Shown: in pieces, positions 11,101 to 19,812 of the stretch
How positions within the stretch are numbered: position 1 is the stretch's first letter
Layout of the letters: the number at the start of each line of letters is the position of its first letter
Virus record (IMG/VR): IMGVR_UViG_3300032007_004072
Location: 10,223-74,222 of that record
Reading direction: 5' to 3' (one strand)
Origin: a virus
Lineage: Duplodnaviria; Heunggongvirae; Uroviricota; Caudoviricetes
DNA length: 64,000 bases
The notes under the pieces: generated by a model
What the model saw: the letters and a program-made list of their open reading frames with translations, nothing else
What the model was told of the DNA's origin: nothing
Database searches by the model: none
Program-made: the position numbers and the translations under genes

Positions 11101-12007
11101 TATAGATGATATAGTAACATTTTACACTAAACGCAGAAGTGAATGTCCATCTCCCATGGCTAATCTTAAATTTGCTGCTGAGCGTGGAGATAAAACAGTT
11201 TATAATTATAATTATCCAGCAGGTACTATATTTGGGCATGATATAAACTTTACATATAATCTAAGAAATAAGTTTAATCAGTCTGATAATATAAATGTGC
11301 ATAATAATGAAAATGATGCTGAACCAGAAGATACTACACAATACTATATTAAATGTACTTGTAATGAAAAAGAGTTTGAATTTAAATATGACGCTGTTGT
11401 TGAAGTAACTGATGATGATGGAAATGTTACAAAAGAGTTCCCAACTGATATTACACTATTCTGGAATGAATTTTGTGTGCAGATGGGGAATAGACTTCAA
11501 AGAGTTAGTGATGTTCAATTGGAAATTGGTTCTTATAATAAACAAAAAGATTTATACTCATTTGACCATTATGATAAACATCTAATATATCATGTACCTA
11601 GAGTTGTTGGTATTATATATCCACAAGATGGTGATGACGTAGATCAAATGGCAAAAACGTATGCTGATAGTATTGTTACTGCAACACATATTGAAATACC
11701 TGAGTCTACTTACGTAGAATTTTCTACTATGACATTTGAAGATGCACCTTTAATTTTAGTCGCTGATAGTACTACTACAGATTTAAGTGGCATTACAGGT
11801 CAAGATGGTGTTAGATATATTCCTTCAACTAAAGCATATAGAGTAGATGGTGCTAATGGTGATAATGATGCAGTAATTCATGAAATAGAGTTAAAAGAAG
11901 AATATGTATTACAAAATGATTTTACTAGGGCTGAAGGTGTTAATAGAAGGTACTATAGATATAGAAATAGTAATTGGTATGAAACTCAGCTTTATGGTGA
12001 AACATAA
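8096..12007 (+). CDS. giant virion protein (1303 aa): N-terminal TM segments, Gly/Ser/Thr-rich region, ~90-aa charged coiled coil (EAKGEYDAYYKAEQLKID...EEAERSGDQQ), large C-terminal domain. Tape-measure- or ejection-protein-like.
   Basis: Hydrophobic segments GWGISTLLLWLL and ALLNFILWLLSYLIG; heptad-like E/K/A-rich stretch; sits immediately upstream of the tail-fiber genes. Confidence 0.7.
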   Translation: MVNMAATVKSKSSSTSRGGGWFNSFLGWGISTLLLWLLNRNNSDSDSTSSMQASPYTDSNSNQIGQPIPVALGRVMIKNPLISYYGAFRADIYTEEYGAHSNLDIWPWILSLIPIILAVSEKDTIKVTAGTGVEITGRTTEAMTIGGLPAATVTGGGTSGMNNNSGKIGDVPKQKTPPSTTVLNAITSTGPAPVEGTIDLSGPGKKRALIMQALLNFILWLLSYLIGKHLLRTTIQKGFKYYLGWQHILCWTDENIGVKRLWMNVYDTEVEQSTETGVWDNDNHIAYKKDNPTGISAYIDNDQMFGGVDEGGGFIGEVRFYFGTYEQPKDSWMVNEMKADTIEEDLRGLTPRYPMFLTCVVSDRNKVDGAYIGKQSTMPEMWFEVVNYPTKLYEEFKSDLFGLYSKRIGELVDNILAYISNQDQSVQTYMEDYTKELREAKGEYDAYYKAEQLKIDVMDRARERLEEAERSGDQQVITDAQEEYDKAKQEADEAHEKTEETFQALRDAADAVRDNYPQTNRDEVASLVDPLDTLLDNGVWHLGKLDEDLNPAEAIYAILTNDLWGCNYDRITDIDAQSLLQLGITCEEERLGVSCLITSEAQAGSYIQKILNHINGIMYDNPYTGRLTFKLIRGDYDPSTLPIFNPSNCESMKFTRLDWSETSSATTVSFTHASNKYVDGTVIYQDVANRFITRSYKESSVEGVYYTVPKNAGWLAKISQLASGYPLSTVEFTTNRFGHDIGLGDPIIVHWLSYGIDNQIYRVTDIDYATLTANAIKVTAIEDIYGFENTRYAYAEVPEWTNPKKYASSIQYYMYMEMPYEWTKSLDTYVNAYAARPTNDDDYYVNYRYTGTEYARRTRTNDWSMVAQLVYGTKEIYDEDNTGFEIEVIGAQARDLFDDKCQKILDYPSVYTNKSNRNMMVIDGEILTYDTMIKLPNGHYTLTNVIHGVYDTIPRDHPAYSKVYFLDYELQVDDKRVATEGNFADEQYELRSGTVDEEEQFNIDDIVTFYTKRRSECPSPMANLKFAAERGDKTVYNYNYPAGTIFGHDINFTYNLRNKFNQSDNINVHNNENDAEPEDTTQYYIKCTCNEKEFEFKYDAVVEVTDDDGNVTKEFPTDITLFWNEFCVQMGNRLQRVSDVQLEIGSYNKQKDLYSFDHYDKHLIYHVPRVVGIIYPQDGDDVDQMAKTYADSIVTATHIEIPESTYVEFSTMTFEDAPLILVADSTTTDLSGITGQDGVRYIPSTKAYRVDGANGDNDAVIHEIELKEEYVLQNDFTRAEGVNRRYYRYRNSNWYETQLYGET

Positions 12008-12031
12008 TTAGTAAGTAAATCCGCTTTCTAC

Positions 12032-12060
12032 TTGACAAATTAGCCCTTTTGTGGTATAAT
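12032..12060 (+). promoter_or_regulatory. sigma-A-like promoter: TTGACA, 17 nt, TATAAT, TGg extended -10
   Basis: cTTGACAaattagcccttttgtggTATAAT. The promoter lies in the loop of an AAATCCGC...GCGGATTT stem followed by a T9 run. Confidence 0.6.
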
Positions 12061-12110
12061 AAAGGTAGAGATTGCGGATTTATTTTTTTTTGTAAAGGCG
12101 GTGAGAAAGC

Positions 12111-15100
12111 TTGTCTGCAACACATACAGAAAAGTTAAATATAATTAAAGTACAGCCTACAGATTATTTTATTTCAGATACTTTTAATAACATATTGGAC
12201 GATATTGACTCAAAAGTATTGGGTATAGACCATCTACAAACTGCTTTACATTGGACAGAGTGGGAAGAAAATACTACTTATATAGCTAATGATGTGGTAA
12301 GATGGCCTAATATGAAATCACATCAATATGCTAAATGTATAACTGGTGGTACAAGTGGTGGTATAGAGCCAGGAAATAATGTTACTGGTTCAGTATTAAC
12401 AGAAGGATCAGTTACTTGGAAAGTAATGTCATTAACTGAGGCTACAGATAATTCTGCCCCCATAATGATTTGGCTTGGTGGTGAGATTTATTCTCGTGGA
12501 GATATTGTAATATATGCAAATGCTTTGTATAGGGCAAAAGTAAATCATACAGCTTCTGGTACATTTGAGCCAGATAAGTCAAAGTGGCAAGAGATATATG
12601 CAAGTATTAGACCATGGGTACTGAATAAATTTTACTATGAAGATGATACAGTAATAGTAAATAATGTAATATATAAATGTAATGCAGATCATACTTCTGC
12701 AAGCACATTTACAAATGCTGGAGAAGTTCCTTATTGGGATATTGTAGGTAATTTAGCTAGAGCTTCAGAATGGCATAGTGTAACAAATTATTTAAAAGAT
12801 CAATTAATAACTAAAAATGGTTTATTATATAGAGCAGTTGAAACTCATACTTCAAGTGGTGTATTTACTGATGATACATTAAAGTGGGAGCCAGTATTTG
12901 CAAGTATTATTCCATGGACAAGTAATGCGTGGTATGATCAAGATGTGGTTGTTTATTACAATAATGTGTTATATAAATGTATAGACCCACATGTATCAGG
13001 AGCAAATTTTGATTATTTAAAATGGCAATTATTGCATGATCCAAATGGGTATGTTAGAGATTGGGTAGGTAGTACACACTACTACCAAAATCAACTGGTA
13101 AGACATAATGGTAATTTATATAGATGTAATACTACAAATAATGATGCTTCATTTACTATTGCTAAATGGGATTTACTTACAGACTCAATAAACGATTGGG
13201 TAGGTAGTCGTGATTATGTAGTAGGTCAGTATGTAAATTATAATGGTATTCTATATAAATGTATTACAGCAAATAATGATACTAATTTTACTATTTCTAA
13301 TTGGCAAAAAGTAAGTGGCGGTGGATTAGATCAATGGGAACAAAATACTGATTATATTGTTGGAGATGTAGTAGTATATGCAAATAAGATATATCAGTGT
13401 ACTACTGCACATACGTCTGGAGCAACATTTAATGCTGATTCTGATAAGTGGAATGAAATAAGTGCATGTATTACTAGAATACCAAATTGGGAAGCAAATA
13501 AGGACTATGTTATTGGAGATTTAGTATCTCATGATGCTAAAATTTTTAGGTGTACTACTCCACATACTTCTGAAAGTACTTGGGATGCTACAGAAGAACT
13601 AAATTGGGAAGAACTTTCGCCAACAATAAACGAAATAAGTACATGGACACCTTCTACCGACTATGAAATTGGTCAATTAGTAATACATGATAATAAATTA
13701 TATAGATGTAATACAGACCATACATCTGATTCAACCTCTTTTAATACTGATATTGCTTATTGGGATGCTATTGGTAGTACTGGAATAGATATATGGAGAG
13801 CAAATGAAGCATATACTACTTCAAATGTAGTTATATATAATAATAAAATATACAAATGTAATACAGCACATACAAGTGGCAGTACATTTGATCCAACAAA
13901 ATGGGATGAAATAAGCTCTGCTGATATTGGCTTATGGCAATCATCTACAGATTATAAAGTTGGAAATGTTGTAATAAAAGATAATCAAATATATAGATGT
14001 AAAACATTACATACTTCAGATAGTAGTGATTTTTATACAGACATAGCTAACTGGGACATATTAGATACAAAGTGGCAAGTTAAAGATTGGGTAATTAATA
14101 CCTATTATTTAGAAGGTGAAGTTGTACTTTATAATAATACACCATATAAATGTACAACAGCACATACATCACTTGGAACATTTGAATTAGATAAAGCTGA
14201 TTGGGAACCACTAAGTGCTAATATAAGACAATGGGTAAGTGGAACTACATATAAAGTTGGAGATACTGTAATATATGAAGACCAGTTGTATATTTGTACA
14301 GTTGCTAATAATGATATTGCATTTGAAAGGGCTAAATGGAGACAAGTAAATAAGTGTAGTATAGAAATGTGGAGGGGAGCACCAGACCCAAATGTATTAG
14401 CTTTATTGCATTTTGATAATCCAAATGATAAAGGGTATAATGAATATGGGGATAACTTTGGTATTTCTGATAATCCAGCTCTTGGAGAAGGGAAGTTTGG
14501 GTCAGGAATAGATTTATGTGGTAGATATGGTAATATTTCTAGCCCACAGTATAGTTTTCAGAATGATGAGGTATATACTATAGAATTCTGGATAGTTGCT
14601 ACAGATAGGGGATTTAGTGAGAATGCCCATGTTAGTATTGGAAATATAGGGGGAGTTATTACTTTCCCAATGTATCAAGGATTGAAGGTGTTTTATAGTT
14701 CTCCTTATGAATTTGTGCCAACTAATTTTGTTGGTGGGGTGTGGAATCATATGGCATTTGTTATTTCGCCAACAAAATGTACTACATTTATTAATGGTAA
14801 AAAAGAGTCTACGTCTACAAGAGCAGATAGTTTGCCTATATATTTGTCTATGGGGGATAGACATAGTCAGCGTGACCATGGAGTATTTGGTATTGATGAA
14901 CTTCTTATTACTAAGGGAGAAAAATATATAGATGACTTTGATATACCAACTGAGCCATTTCAAAATCCAAATTATGAAGGTTATAAAAAAGATGATTTAG
15001 TAGTATATGAAGATAAAATATACATAGCATTAGAGGATAATAATGATGTTCAATTCGATAAATCTAAGTGGGTAGAAGTAAGTTCTGCTAATATACAATT

Positions 15101-15746
15101 GTGGGAAACTGATACTTATTATGTTGTAGGCAATAATGTAATATATGATAATCAGACATATAGGTGTATTACAGCACATACATCAGGTACATTTTTAGGA
15201 GATATTTCTAAATGGCAAGTATTAGATACAAACTGGTTAGTAAAAGATTGGGCAGTAGATAAACTGTACTTAAAAGACCAAGTTGTATCTTATAGAGATG
15301 GATTGTGGAAATCTTTAATAACACATGAAAGTATAGCAGATGAGCCGCCAACAGATGCTAAAATATACGAAGCATCAGATAATGTAATAGACGTAGATGA
15401 TACTATTACATTACCATATTCAGAAATAATAGATTTAGGTTCAGTTAAGCATATAACAGACATAGATTATACAGAATCTACTTCTGAAATGTCATTTACA
15501 TATACAATAGAAACAAGTATAGATAATATTACATATGAAAATTGGACAGAAGATGCAGTAAATGCTAAATATATAAAGTTAACTGTAGACTCAGTAAATA
15601 TAGATGTTGGAGCAGTTTCACCAAATGCACATTTAACTGATTTTACTGTTTATGGTGATAGTGATAAATGGATAAAAATAAGTTCTGGTGGTAGTGGTGA
15701 TTTAATATATGCTACTAATTCAGATATAGATAATTTGTTTAACTAA
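12111..15746 (+). CDS. tail fiber / receptor-binding protein (1211 aa) with ~20 tandem ~45-aa repeats (W..x..Y..GDxVxYNxxxYxCxxxHTSxxxFxxxxxxW; CBM5/12-like) and a C-terminal LamG domain
   Basis: Repeats visible by eye throughout the protein. LamG signature: ALLHFDNPND...GKFGSGIDL...YTIEFWIVA. C-terminus ends ...DIDNLFN. Confidence 0.8.
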   Translation: MSATHTEKLNIIKVQPTDYFISDTFNNILDDIDSKVLGIDHLQTALHWTEWEENTTYIANDVVRWPNMKSHQYAKCITGGTSGGIEPGNNVTGSVLTEGSVTWKVMSLTEATDNSAPIMIWLGGEIYSRGDIVIYANALYRAKVNHTASGTFEPDKSKWQEIYASIRPWVLNKFYYEDDTVIVNNVIYKCNADHTSASTFTNAGEVPYWDIVGNLARASEWHSVTNYLKDQLITKNGLLYRAVETHTSSGVFTDDTLKWEPVFASIIPWTSNAWYDQDVVVYYNNVLYKCIDPHVSGANFDYLKWQLLHDPNGYVRDWVGSTHYYQNQLVRHNGNLYRCNTTNNDASFTIAKWDLLTDSINDWVGSRDYVVGQYVNYNGILYKCITANNDTNFTISNWQKVSGGGLDQWEQNTDYIVGDVVVYANKIYQCTTAHTSGATFNADSDKWNEISACITRIPNWEANKDYVIGDLVSHDAKIFRCTTPHTSESTWDATEELNWEELSPTINEISTWTPSTDYEIGQLVIHDNKLYRCNTDHTSDSTSFNTDIAYWDAIGSTGIDIWRANEAYTTSNVVIYNNKIYKCNTAHTSGSTFDPTKWDEISSADIGLWQSSTDYKVGNVVIKDNQIYRCKTLHTSDSSDFYTDIANWDILDTKWQVKDWVINTYYLEGEVVLYNNTPYKCTTAHTSLGTFELDKADWEPLSANIRQWVSGTTYKVGDTVIYEDQLYICTVANNDIAFERAKWRQVNKCSIEMWRGAPDPNVLALLHFDNPNDKGYNEYGDNFGISDNPALGEGKFGSGIDLCGRYGNISSPQYSFQNDEVYTIEFWIVATDRGFSENAHVSIGNIGGVITFPMYQGLKVFYSSPYEFVPTNFVGGVWNHMAFVISPTKCTTFINGKKESTSTRADSLPIYLSMGDRHSQRDHGVFGIDELLITKGEKYIDDFDIPTEPFQNPNYEGYKKDDLVVYEDKIYIALEDNNDVQFDKSKWVEVSSANIQLWETDTYYVVGNNVIYDNQTYRCITAHTSGTFLGDISKWQVLDTNWLVKDWAVDKLYLKDQVVSYRDGLWKSLITHESIADEPPTDAKIYEASDNVIDVDDTITLPYSEIIDLGSVKHITDIDYTESTSEMSFTYTIETSIDNITYENWTEDAVNAKYIKLTVDSVNIDVGAVSPNAHLTDFTVYGDSDKWIKISSGGSGDLIYATNSDIDNLFN

Positions 15747-15761
15747 TGGAGGAATGATAAC

Positions 15762-15989
15762 ATGGCAACTGATTTAAAGAGTTATAAAGGTGCAATAGAA
15801 GCACACGTAGAAAAAGATGCATTAACAGGTAAATATACTGTAAATACTTCTAAATATAGTTCTGGTGTAAAAATTGGTGATGATACTTATGAGTATACGC
15901 CAGAAAGTAGCGGTGGTAGTGAAGAGCCTACTACTGAACCAGAAGAACCAATCACAAATCCTGAAGAGCCTACTGAGGATGGAGAATAA
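15762..15989 (+). CDS. small acidic protein (75 aa) with Pro/Glu/Thr-rich tail
   Basis: ORF with GGAGGAATGA RBS; C-terminus EPTTEPEEPITNPEEPTEDGE. Confidence 0.45.
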   Translation: MATDLKSYKGAIEAHVEKDALTGKYTVNTSKYSSGVKIGDDTYEYTPESSGGSEEPTTEPEEPITNPEEPTEDGE

Positions 15990-15990
15990 T

Positions 15991-16019
15991 TTGACAAAAT
16001 GTTTTAATTATGGTATAAT
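15991..16019 (+). promoter_or_regulatory. sigma-A-like promoter: TTGACA, 17 nt, TATAAT (TGg extended -10)
   Basis: TTGACAaaatgttttaattatggTATAAT. The 21-nt -10 region atggtataatataattagaga is identical to the promoter at 35229. Confidence 0.65.
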
Positions 16020-16042
16020 ATAATTAGAGAGGACAGGAAATA

Positions 16043-16072
16043 AGCCTAACCTTTTGGTTGGGCTTTTATTTA
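16043..16072 (+). terminator. terminator-type hairpin + U-tract in the 5' leader, ~25 nt downstream of the predicted TSS (candidate attenuator / antitermination target)
   Basis: AGCCTAACC-tttt-GGTTGGGCT (9 bp, one G-U) followed by TTTTATTTAT; located between the promoter and the RBS of the 16091 gene. Confidence 0.5.
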
Positions 16073-16090
16073 TATATGGGGTGAAACATA

Positions 16091-16663
16091 ATGGTTTTGC
16101 CAGATGAAATAGAAGATGTACTTATTGGTGGAGGATATGAAAAAATAGAAGTTGACTCCTTAGAAGATTTAGGAGCAATAAAAACCTTAACTTTTGATGA
16201 TAATTTTGGTCATAGAGTAAAATCAATAGGTATACATGATGATTTTTTAATTCTTCCTAGAAAGTTGTATTTAAGACAAAATGTACTAAATGTAACAGAA
16301 AATATTTCAGATAAACTAAATGCAGAAGTAAGATTTGCATTAACTAATGACCTTAAACATTATTATGTTTATTTAAATGGTGAATTTGTGATGTTAAGAG
16401 ATTTTGCAAGAGGAATGCCATTAGGTAAATTAAATGACGTTGATTTTACAAATTGGCAAGGAAATATAGGTGTTGCAGTATATATTGCTGAGATGAAAAG
16501 AGATAAAGAAATAGAAATAAAAGATCTTTTTGTAATAGCTAATAATAAGTATGATATAATAGCTAATGGGGATTATAAAATCAGTTTTAGCACACTGGTA
16601 GATGTAGCTATGGGAGAAATTAGTATTGCTAGTGATGATGATATTGACGCTATGTTTTTATAA
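16091..16663 (+). CDS. hypothetical tail-associated protein (190 aa); C-terminus ...DDDIDAMFL
   Basis: ORF with GGGGTGAAACATA-ATG RBS; shares the C-terminal DIDxMF motif with neighbouring fiber genes. Confidence 0.6.
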   Translation: MVLPDEIEDVLIGGGYEKIEVDSLEDLGAIKTLTFDDNFGHRVKSIGIHDDFLILPRKLYLRQNVLNVTENISDKLNAEVRFALTNDLKHYYVYLNGEFVMLRDFARGMPLGKLNDVDFTNWQGNIGVAVYIAEMKRDKEIEIKDLFVIANNKYDIIANGDYKISFSTLVDVAMGEISIASDDDIDAMFL

Positions 16664-16668
16664 AGAGG

Positions 16669-16866
16669 GTGGTGGTAATGGAGCCTCGTAACCGTTGGAG
16701 TGTTTATAAAAATGTAAAAGATGAGTACATTATTGTTAGAGAAGCACTAGATCATCTGCAAATAGTAACTCCATATTCATACATTCACGCAATACGAGAT
16801 GGAGAGGATTTAGAACCATTTGCAGATATAGCAACAGATGAAGAAGTAGATGATATTTTTAAGTAA
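16669..16866 (+). CDS. small hypothetical protein (65 aa); C-terminus EEVDDIFK
   Basis: ORF with GAGGGTGGTGGTA RBS. Confidence 0.45.
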   Translation: MVVMEPRNRWSVYKNVKDEYIIVREALDHLQIVTPYSYIHAIRDGEDLEPFADIATDEEVDDIFK

Positions 16867-16880
16867 TGGAGGGGAGGTAA

Positions 16881-17309
16881 ATGGCTGTTTATGATGATTT
16901 GATAGATAAAGTCAAACTTGCAAGATTTCATGACAATCTGAAACAAAAAGGCTTGCCATTAAATGATTGGACAACTGGTAACGCATATAAAATTGGATAC
17001 ATTGTAGTTCATAATGGTGAATTATACAGATGCACAGTAGCACATACTGCAAATACAGTTTTTGACAATGACAAGTTCGAGATTTTGAGTTCCAATGCAT
17101 ATAGTGGAGTAGTAATAACAGAATGGGCAGGTTCTACTCAATATCAAGTAGATGATATAGTGCTTGCTAATTATGCGCTTTGGAGATGTATTACTGCTCA
17201 TACATCAGATGTTAGTGATTTCAGTAATGATTCTGCTAATTGGGTAAGAATTACTGGTGATAATATTACTATTGCTGACAATCAAGATATTGACGATATG
17301 TTTAATTAA
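16881..17309 (+). CDS. fiber-family protein (142 aa) with 2-3 'HTS' CBM-like repeats; C-terminus DIDDMFN
   Basis: Repeat motif YRCTVAHTANTVFDNDKF / WRCITAHTSDVSDFSNDSANW; RBS GGAGGGGAGGTAA. Confidence 0.7.
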   Translation: MAVYDDLIDKVKLARFHDNLKQKGLPLNDWTTGNAYKIGYIVVHNGELYRCTVAHTANTVFDNDKFEILSSNAYSGVVITEWAGSTQYQVDDIVLANYALWRCITAHTSDVSDFSNDSANWVRITGDNITIADNQDIDDMFN

Positions 17310-17313
17310 GACT

Positions 17314-17342
17314 TGACAGATGGCTCAATTTATGCTATACTA
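17314..17342 (+). promoter_or_regulatory. sigma-A-like promoter: TTGACA, 17 nt, TATACT
   Basis: cTTGACAgatggctcaatttatgcTATACT. The -10 sits inside the loop of the 17322 terminator hairpin. My hand-indexing may be off by 1 nt in this area. Confidence 0.5.
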
Positions 17343-17368
17343 GATATAGTATGGATTGAGCTTTTTTA
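17322..17368 (+). terminator. intrinsic terminator for the 16881 gene: bipartite hairpin GGCTCAAT..(ATACTA-gata-TAGTAT)..ATTGAGCT + T6
   Basis: 8-bp outer stem plus nested 6-bp stem, followed by TTTTTTATTTAT. Confidence 0.55.
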
Positions 17369-17386
17369 TTTATACACAGAAACGAG

Positions 17387-18103
17387 GTGAGAAATTTGCC
17401 TGATGAAAAAGTAATAGACTTAGATAGATTATCAAGATTTCACGATAATCTAAAATCAAATGGCTTACCATTAAATAATTGGCAAGCCAATAAAAAATAT
17501 AAAGTAGGATATACTGTAATACAAGATGGAAAATTTTATAGATGTAAAACAGAGCATACTTCAACTACAACTTTTGATTCTACAAAATTTGACTTAGTTG
17601 GTGGTAGCGGAGGTACAACTATTTCAGATTGGGCTACAGGAACTACATATTCTGTAGGTGATTTAGTAATACATGATAATAATATATATCAATGTAATAC
17701 TAATCATACTTCAACTACATTTACAGCTGATGCAAGTAAATGGACTTTAATCGGCAATAAAGGTATAGATTTTTATACTATTGGAGAAAGTTATGATGTT
17801 GGAGATATAGTAATATATAGTGGAAATATATATCAATGTACAACTGCACATACAGCAACTTCTACTTTTGATACAACAAAATGGGCAGAAGTAAGTGCTA
17901 GTGAAAATGGAATAAGTGAGTGGCAATCTTCTACTGATTATGCAGTTGATGACATAGTAATGTATCAAGATTGCATTTATAGATGTGATACAGCACACAC
18001 CAGTACTAGTACTTTTGACGATACAAAATTTACACAATTAACATATGATATAGAAGATAATTCTGACTTAATAGAAAGTATATTTGGGGAGGCAGTATTG
18101 TGA
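17387..18103 (+). CDS. fiber-family protein (238 aa) with 5 'HTS' CBM-like repeats; GTG start
   Basis: Repeats YRCKTEHTSTTTFDSTKF, YQCNTNHTSTTFTADASKW, YQCTTAHTATSTFDTTKW, YRCDTAHTSTSTFDDTKF. Confidence 0.7.
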   Translation: MRNLPDEKVIDLDRLSRFHDNLKSNGLPLNNWQANKKYKVGYTVIQDGKFYRCKTEHTSTTTFDSTKFDLVGGSGGTTISDWATGTTYSVGDLVIHDNNIYQCNTNHTSTTFTADASKWTLIGNKGIDFYTIGESYDVGDIVIYSGNIYQCTTAHTATSTFDTTKWAEVSASENGISEWQSSTDYAVDDIVMYQDCIYRCDTAHTSTSTFDDTKFTQLTYDIEDNSDLIESIFGEAVL

Positions 18104-19809
18104 GCAAGTTAGTAACAAATGAAAATTTACAAGCTTATCATGCTGAACTTGCAGAGCATATAAAACTCCTGCAAAGAGGTACAGCATATATCTTAAATGA
18201 TATTGTAAATTATGATGGAAATACTCTAAAATGTACTACAGCTGGAACAACTGCTACTACAAAACCTGATGTATCAGCATTAGATGTAGGAGATACATTA
18301 CCTGATGGAACAGCTGTTTGGACAAGAGTAGACTTAGACAAAAGAGGAATTGATTATTGGGCATCTAGTACTGATTATGCATTAAATGACCAAGTAGTAT
18401 ATAATGATAAAATCTATAAATGCAGTACTGCACATACATCAACAAGTACATTTGATGATACGAAATGGGCAGAAATCAGTGCTGGTGGTGGTGGAGGATT
18501 AGATTATTGGTCATCTTCAACAACTTATGCATTAGATGATGTTGTTATATATAATGATAAGATTTATAGATGTACTACGGCACATACAAGCTCATCTACA
18601 TTTGATGATACAAAATTTACTGAAATTTCAGCAAGCATCAGTGGTGGAGGTAGTATAGATGAATGGACAAGTGGAACAAGCTATTCGTCTGGAGATTTAG
18701 TAATAAATAATAATGTACTGTATAAAGCTAATACTACAACATCAACAACTTGGGTAGATAGTGAATGGGATGTAATAGGAACTACATTTAATTCTACAAG
18801 TACGTATGCACAAAAAATAATAACAAATGTAGTAGCTCCATATGAAATGCTATTACAAGTTGGGGATAGTAATTATTGTAAACCTCCAATAGATGTATTA
18901 AAGAAAACTGGCGGTAGTGATAATGTAACATTAACATTAGAAAACTATAATAATGCGTCAGCATATACTGGTACAAGTGATTTTCTAAAAATAGAAAACA
19001 GTAAAGCTAAACTATATAATTATAAAGAATATCCAATAACTACACAAACATTGTCTACTATTGATATTGGTGTAAGTGATGAAATAGATTTTGATGATTT
19101 TTATGTTGAAGGTGGAGGAAAAAGGTATCTAATAGATTCTAATGATTTAGTAGTAATTCATTTCAATGAATCAGTCATAAACGAAACAGCTTATGCAGAC
19201 CCAGTAGTTAATTCATCTTATAATATAGAGTATGTTGCAGGAAAATTTGATAAAGGTTTATATATAAATGATGATACTAATGCTAATGCAATGATGATTA
19301 GTGATAACAGTTTAATATCTGCTATAAATAGCGCATTGAATAGTGATTTTACTATTGAATTTTGGTTTAAGATTGTTGATAGTAGTTTTAGTGGTACATC
19401 TTTGTCTATATTTTGTGGAAATGGCTATGGTCAATTAAGTTTTTATATTTATAATGGAACAGAATTAAGGGTAGGTAGACATGAAGTATCAAATGATTAC
19501 ATATATAGTGTTACAATGATAGATTATATGGATGAAAATTGGCATCATTTTGCATTTACTAGGAAAAATGGTAATGGAAGTTTATTTATTGACGGTACAT
19601 TAGTTTCTCAAAGATCATGTAGTTTTTATTCAACAAATACAGCATTTAATGTGTTTTGTATGATTCAATATAATACAAGTACTAAATTATGGAATGTTGA
19701 TGAGTTTAGATTTTCTAATGTTTGTAGATATGACACAAATTTTAATGTTCCAGAATATCCATACAGTAACATAATTAATTGTAATATTACCTCATTGGAG
19801 GTGAATTAA
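18100..19809 (+). CDS. tail fiber protein (569 aa): N-terminal 'HTS' repeats + C-terminal LamG domain
   Basis: YKCSTAHTSTSTFDDTKW repeats; LamG signature LVVIHFNES...GKFDKGLYI...FTIEFWFKI. Confidence 0.75.
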   Translation: MSKLVTNENLQAYHAELAEHIKLLQRGTAYILNDIVNYDGNTLKCTTAGTTATTKPDVSALDVGDTLPDGTAVWTRVDLDKRGIDYWASSTDYALNDQVVYNDKIYKCSTAHTSTSTFDDTKWAEISAGGGGGLDYWSSSTTYALDDVVIYNDKIYRCTTAHTSSSTFDDTKFTEISASISGGGSIDEWTSGTSYSSGDLVINNNVLYKANTTTSTTWVDSEWDVIGTTFNSTSTYAQKIITNVVAPYEMLLQVGDSNYCKPPIDVLKKTGGSDNVTLTLENYNNASAYTGTSDFLKIENSKAKLYNYKEYPITTQTLSTIDIGVSDEIDFDDFYVEGGGKRYLIDSNDLVVIHFNESVINETAYADPVVNSSYNIEYVAGKFDKGLYINDDTNANAMMISDNSLISAINSALNSDFTIEFWFKIVDSSFSGTSLSIFCGNGYGQLSFYIYNGTELRVGRHEVSNDYIYSVTMIDYMDENWHHFAFTRKNGNGSLFIDGTLVSQRSCSFYSTNTAFNVFCMIQYNTSTKLWNVDEFRFSNVCRYDTNFNVPEYPYSNIINCNITSLEVN

Positions 19810-19812
19810 CAT

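Noticed and set aside
17270-17400. Apparent 1-nt discrepancy between my hand-indexing of the printed sequence (gacaaatcaag) and the ORF-track coordinates/translation for 16881..17309 and 17387..18103
   Set aside because: Most likely a reading or indexing slip on my side. The track coordinates are internally consistent (lengths divisible by 3) and are used for all CDS features. Hand-derived coordinates of promoters and hairpins near 17.3 kb may be off by +/-1 nt.
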